Positions 58,514 to 64,000 of a DNA stretch of 64,000 bases are shown one piece after another; position 1 is the first letter of the stretch, and every line of letters begins with the position of its first letter. A model generated the notes under the pieces. It was not told the origin of the DNA. It saw nothing but the letters and a program-made list of their open reading frames with translations, and did not search any database. A program made the translations under genes and the position numbers. Origin of the DNA: Azolla caroliniana (taxonomy: Eukaryota > Plantae > Polypodiophyta); the NCBI GenBank assembly GCA_043228905.1, contig JBHGNT010000003.1, forward strand, positions 8,246,001 to 8,310,000. The letters are read 5' to 3'.

Positions 58514-61500
58514 TGTAAAAAGAAACGTGCGGAAGTAAGTATGAAGACCGAACAGAAGAGAGGAAACTCAGGTTTAATGGAGAGCTTGGGCTTACACGGT
58601 GTACACAGGAGAGACAGAGAGAGAAACACAAAATACTATATTCAATAATAGTGCTCAGTCTGTACATAAGACGTGCTCAGTGAGCACTTTTATACAAGTC
58701 CTAGAAGGACTGATCGAAGTACTGACAGTACTTCAATGCTCATCAAGAGCCCCTACACTAATTGCCAAATATATTCCTCACGGAATATCTTTCCTAACGA
58801 CCTCCCGGTTTATGTACTCGGCCTAACCTATCGGTCTCAACCGATCCGGTCCTCAGCTTCTTCAGCCGATCCGGCCGATGTTGAGCTTGTCTCTCAACAC
58901 TCCCCCTCAAGCTCAACTTGAGGCTCTTCGGGGTCTTCACAACACCGGTTCCTCCTGGCTTCTCGCCTCGCTCGCGCTCCTCGACCTGTTCGACTCCGCG
59001 CGCTTCGACCCTTCCGGTAGGCTTGTTTGCTCATGCGGCCCTTATCAGCTTTTCTGATGTTGCGGTGTTGACGCTTCTCCTGCTGCCTTTTCTTCCACTT
59101 GGGCCTCGGTTGATTCAGCGTGTCCGAATCAAACATCCGAACCGACTCGACTACCTCCGATCGGTTTTTGCTCTCGTCCGAGTTGGCTGTCTCTAACTCG
59201 TCTTCGGTCTTCTCGTCCTCGATTGCGTTATCTCCCCCATGCGTGGTTGGCTTTGGCTCTCTCCTTCGGTTGCACCCCTTTTGTCTGCTTCCGAACTTTT
59301 CCGCGGGTCCGCCAACGGCTTCTTCAGCCGATCCGATGTCGAACTTGTCAACCGACTCGGTGTCGCGATCTCCGCTCGTTTCCTACTGCCTTGCTTGGTC
59401 GTTCGAGACTGTTCTCCCCCTCAAGTTCGGCACATCGAGGTGACGCAATCCGAGCGCACCTGAGAATTGCCGCAACTTGTCCAGACCAAGAGGCTTTGTG
59501 AAGATGTCGGCAGTCTGTCGATCCGTCGGCACGTACTGAAGTGCGACTTCACCGAAAAGGACACACTCACGGACGAAATGGTAGTGCACCTCAATGTGCT
59601 TGGTCCATGCGTGGAAAACGGGGTTCTTCACGAGTTGGATGCTGCTGAGGTTGTCGTAGTAGATCGTCGTCGGATCTGACACCTCCTCTTGCAGGTCCTT
59701 AAGTAGCCGCTTCAACCATATGGCTTCGCATGTCGCGATAGCCGCTCCTTGGTACTCCGCTTTGGTGCTCGACAGTGCAACTGTCGGCTGCTTCTTACTG
59801 CTCCACGCGATCGCGGCACTCCAGAGGGAGAACGTGTATCCAGTCGTGGATCGGTGATCGGCGGCGTTGCCAGCCCAATCAGCATCGGTGTAGCTAGCTA
59901 ACTACACGGTTGCACCGGTCCGATATAGCAGTCCTCGGTCCTTAGTGCCGCTTACGTACCGAAGTACGCGTTGCACACACTGAAGGTGCTCCTCGGTAGG
60001 TTGCGCCATGAACTGACTGATCACCCCGACCGGATAACTGAGGTCGGGTCGGGTGATGGTCAAGTATATGAGGCTTCCGAAAATTTGGCGAAACCTCGTC
60101 GGGTCGCATACCTTTCCCGTATCGGGACGAAGCTTGACGGTTCTGTCCAGAGGAGTCGAGACGGTCTTACAATCGGCAATCCCGAATTTGAAGAGCATAC
60201 TCAGCACGTAGTGACGTTGGCTGATCAATATGCCTTCGAGGGTACGGATCACTTCGATCCCGAGGAAGTAATGAAGGTCCCCCAGATCCTTCATGTCGAA
60301 CGATGCCGTAAGCTGGAGCTTCACGCGGTCGATTTCACCTAGGTCGGCGCCGGTGATGACCAAGTCATCAACATATAGTAAAATACTAACCGGTCTGAGT
60401 CGACCTTTCCGGATGAACAGGGAAGAGTCTGATTTTGACGTGACGAAGCCCATCCGACACAGTTGTTGCATGATCTTTGCGTTCCAGGCACGCGGGGCTT
60501 GCTTCAGTCCGTAAAGGGACTTCTTCAGTCGGCATATTGCCGAGGAGTTCGTTCTGGAGTGAAATCCGGGGGGCTGTACCATGTACACTTGTTCCTCAAG
60601 GTCACCTTGCAGGAACACATTCTTTATATCCATCTGATGTAAGTGCCACCCCTTGGCCGCAGCTACTGCGAGCAAAACACAGACGGTCGTCATTTTTGCG
60701 ACTGGCGCAAACGTCTCATCGTAGTCGATGCCGTGTTTCTGCGCGTAGCCCTTTGCCATTAACCGAGCCTTGTACCGGTTGACTGAGCCATCGGTGTTGT
60801 ACTTGACCTTGTACACCCACCTACACCCGATCGGCTTCACACCCTTCGGTGCTTCAACCAGGTCCCAGGTCTCGTTCTCCGCAAATGCGTGCATCTCTTC
60901 CTCCATCGCGGCACGCCAATTCGTGTCCTTCGCCGCTTCTGCGTAGCTCTCCGGCTCACACACTTCCGCTACACGGGTCATGTACGCATAATGATGCGCC
61001 ATGTACTCGTTGTATCCAAACCGCACAACTGGGTTCTTTTGGCGGGTAGATCGGCGTAATCTCACATTAGCCGATGTCGAGGCCTTCTCGGTCGACGCGG
61101 TCTTCACCTTTAAAGACCCGTCACCGGTTTCCTCAGAGTCGGACTTGCGTCGGTCTGACTCGTTCCTTTCCGTGCCGGAATCCGACACCTTCTTCTTCCC
61201 TTTCTCTTTGCGCGTAAGCCGTCTCCTCGGCTTCCTGCGCGGGAAATGCACGGACGAGTCTCCACTACTCGCCGGCTCTTCATTGGACTGGTCGTACCGA
61301 CTCAGTCGTCCAATCGGTCCACTTAACCGGAGTGAAATCGGACTCTCTTCGCGGGTCTCGATTTCGGGCTCATCCGGAGGCATCTCGGCCTCGCTGACCT
61401 CATCGTCAGAGCTCGGATTGGAGTTGAGGTTCGTAGTCGGGGGCAGGTACCAGGACGCGGACTCGTCAAACACAACGTCGCGGCTGACACGCGCTTGTTT

Positions 61501-64000
61501 GGTGCGAGGGTTATAGCACTTATAACCCTTCTGCTCGTCCGAGTAACCGACCAAGATGCATTTCTCGGCCTTTGCGTCCAACTTCCTCCTTTTCTCCTTC
61601 GGTACATGCACATACGCAATGCTACCGAACACCCTCAAGTGTCGCAAGTTCGGCTTCGTTCCGAAATATAGCTCGTGCACCGATACTTTGTCTCCGATCC
61701 GGTTCTGGATGTATACTGCGGTCCTTACTGCCTCGGCCCAGTAGAACTTGGGCAAGCTCTTCTCCTCCAGCATTGCCCGTGCCACTTCCACAATCGACCG
61801 ATTCTTTCTCTCGGCCACGCCGTTCTGCTCCGGCGTGTATCTACGACTGAATTCGCGGCAAATTCCCATTTGTTGTAGGTAAACGTTGAATTGACCGTAA
61901 AAGTACTCTTTCCTGCCATCCGACCACAGGCACTTGATCTTTCGTCCCGTTTCGGCTTCCAGGAACCCTTTGAGGTCCCGGAAACAGTCGAAGACTTCGC
62001 TCTTCCTCTCAATGAGGTAGATCCACGTGTGCCGCGTGTGGTCGTCGATGAAGGAGACGAAGTATCGGCTCCCGCCAAGACTAACGTTTTGTGCCGGCCC
62101 CCATACATCGGAGTGTATAAGGTCGAGCTTGTTCCGGATCCGGTTTCGCTCGTTGTGGAAGGGAAGTCGGTGTTGCTTCCCGAGCTGGCAGGCTTCACAA
62201 ATTTGTGCCTTTCGGCCACTAAATTTGGGCAATCCGAACACTACCTGTTTCGTTTGCAGATCTTGAAGCCGCTGGTAGTTGACGTGGCCTATCCGCTTGT
62301 GCCATAAGTTGATGTTCGACTCAGTCTTTTGTCCCTTCGCGAACATTGCGGTGCCGCCGTCAGTGGAGTCGAGGATGAACATCCTCCCGTCTCTGCGCCC
62401 TTGCGCAATCACACGGCCTTCTTCCTCAATGAAGCACCCGAGGTGTGTAAACTGAACCTCCATCCCTTGCTCGACGATCTGTCCGACCGAGACCAAGTTC
62501 TTCGTGATTGTCGGAACGTGCAGCACGTTCTTGAGTTTCCCTTTCTGCCCGACATGGCTAAGGGGAACTTCTTCGACATTCGCGATCGGATGCGGAGTGT
62601 CGTCTCCTGTTGCGACTACTCCCGGTTGTATTGGTTTTTCAAGGTACGAGAACCACTCCTTATGGCTCGTCATGTGGTTTGACGCGCCGGAGTCTACGTA
62701 CCACACCTCGTCCGATCTCGGGGTGCTTTGTTTCATTGAGTTTGCTTCGTGTCTCGTCACGAAGACAGACCCTTCTCCGGCTCTCCCGGAGTCTTTGGCG
62801 TAGTGCGATCACTGCCGATTTCCCTTGTTGGTATGTCTGGAGCCGTTCCCGGAACCAGTTCTCTCTGAATCGGCACGCTTCTTCCAGCACTCACTTTCCC
62901 TGTGGCCTTTCTTGCCACAGTACCAGCACTCCGCGATGGACTTCCCTTGCCGCCTCCATTGCGTGCCAACTCGCCTCGTCCTCCACGTCCACGGGGCCTA
63001 TCTCCCTCCGTGTACAACATTCTGTTGTCGGTGTGCGCGCTTGTAGACGCACCTGCGTGGTTCTCCTCTACCAGGAGCATCGACTGTAAGTCGAAAAAGG
63101 ACAACGTATTCTCCCGGGTACACACAGTCGTTCGGAACACTCCGAACTTCGACGCCAAACCTCCGAGACAAATCTGGACCATCTCGCTCTCCTCGATGAT
63201 CACCTCTATGGAGGCGAGGGAGTCGCAGATATCCTTGATCTTCGAGGTATAGTCCGCCATCGACAAGTCGCGTTGTCGTAGGTTGCTCAACTCCTGTCAG
63301 AGCTGAAGCTTCCTTGCTGTGGTGCTCGCGGCGAAAATCTTCTTCAGATTTTCCCACGCACCCTTCGGCGTCTTTGCATCCCGAACATAGCTAAATAGTT
63401 GTTCGCCCACACACGAAGCGAAACAGTATAGTACCCTACTCGCCGATTGCTCCCACAACGGGAAGTCTCTGTGTGTCGATTCGGGTGCCGCGTCATTAGC
63501 TCCTTCGACATAACTCCAGTAGCCGTGCCCGAGTAGGTACTGGTACATCTTGTAGGACCAAGACGCGTAGTTGGTTCTATCGAGCTTCTCTGTTGGAAGC
63601 GAGCTCGCCATGCCTCTATCCATCGTTCTTCTTGTTCTTCTTCGTCAAGCTGTGTCGGCTGCAGAGAGGTTCTCAACCCTCGCGCTCTGATACCATGTAA
63701 AAAGAAACGTGCGGAAGTAAGTATGAAGACCAAACAGAAGGGAGGAAACTCAGGTTTAATGGAGAGCTTGGGCTTACACGGTGTACACAGGAGAGACAAA
63801 GAGAGAAACACAAAATACTATATTCAATAATAGTGCTCAGTCTGTATATAAGACGTGCTCAGTGAGCACTTTTATACAAGTCCTAGAAGGACTGACCGAA
63901 GTACTGACAGTACTTCAATGCTCATCAAGAGCCCCTACACTAACTCCCAAATATATTCCTCACGGAATATCTTTCCTAACGACCTCCCAGTTTATGTACT
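58514..64000 (-). mobile_element. Ty1/Copia 'Copia-6' (Copia-2 family), nearly full length
   Basis: 3' LTR 58514-58899; 5' LTR from 63696 past the window end (about 8 differences in 305 bp); PBS at 63684-63695; PPT at 58900-58910. Confidence 0.95.
58894..63623 (-). pseudogene. Copia-6 gag-pol with stops (63297, 59902, 59383) and gag frameshift
   Basis: EKLDRTNYASW, WYVDSGASNHM, LWHKRIGH, LLYVDDL, KHIEVHYHF. Confidence 0.93.

Noticed and set aside
58501-58538. TGCGGAAGTAA on both sides of the Copia-6 junction as homology-guided insertion or TSD
   Set aside because: The left copy is N2 Gag coding (HAEVK) and the right copy is internal to the LTR (also present in the 5' LTR). A single 11-bp match may be chance.

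Overview
Eukaryotic (plant) nuclear DNA; the retroelement and lipoxygenase styles suggest a non-seed land plant, but the species cannot be fixed from the sequence. One intact nine-exon lipoxygenase gene (22777-28504, +, 830 aa) sits in an AT-rich island. That island also holds two hAT-type MITEs, a 25S rRNA fragment, a solo LTR and tandem repeats. Both sides are deeply nested LTR-retrotransposon clusters. Left cluster: Copia-1 inside Copia-2 inside Copia-3 inside a Gypsy gag remnant. Right cluster: Copia-4 hosts an inverted same-family copy (carrying a chromovirus) and a tRNA-Trp-primed Gypsy-A; Gypsy-A hosts Gypsy-B and element N2, Gypsy-B hosts the pol-less element N1, and N2 hosts Copia-6. 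The standout is N1 (43681-49331). It is very young, has no pol, and encodes Gag fused to a ~1,200-aa disordered repeat protein. It has almost no CAG/CTG (8 found by eye in 5.65 kb, none in the LTRs) while staying CG-rich, and it sits antisense in its probable helper's gag, about 65 bp from the homologous site hit by N2. The lipoxygenase has an atypical active site (Coffa-site Gly, both second-sphere Gln lost). All counts and alignments were done by eye.
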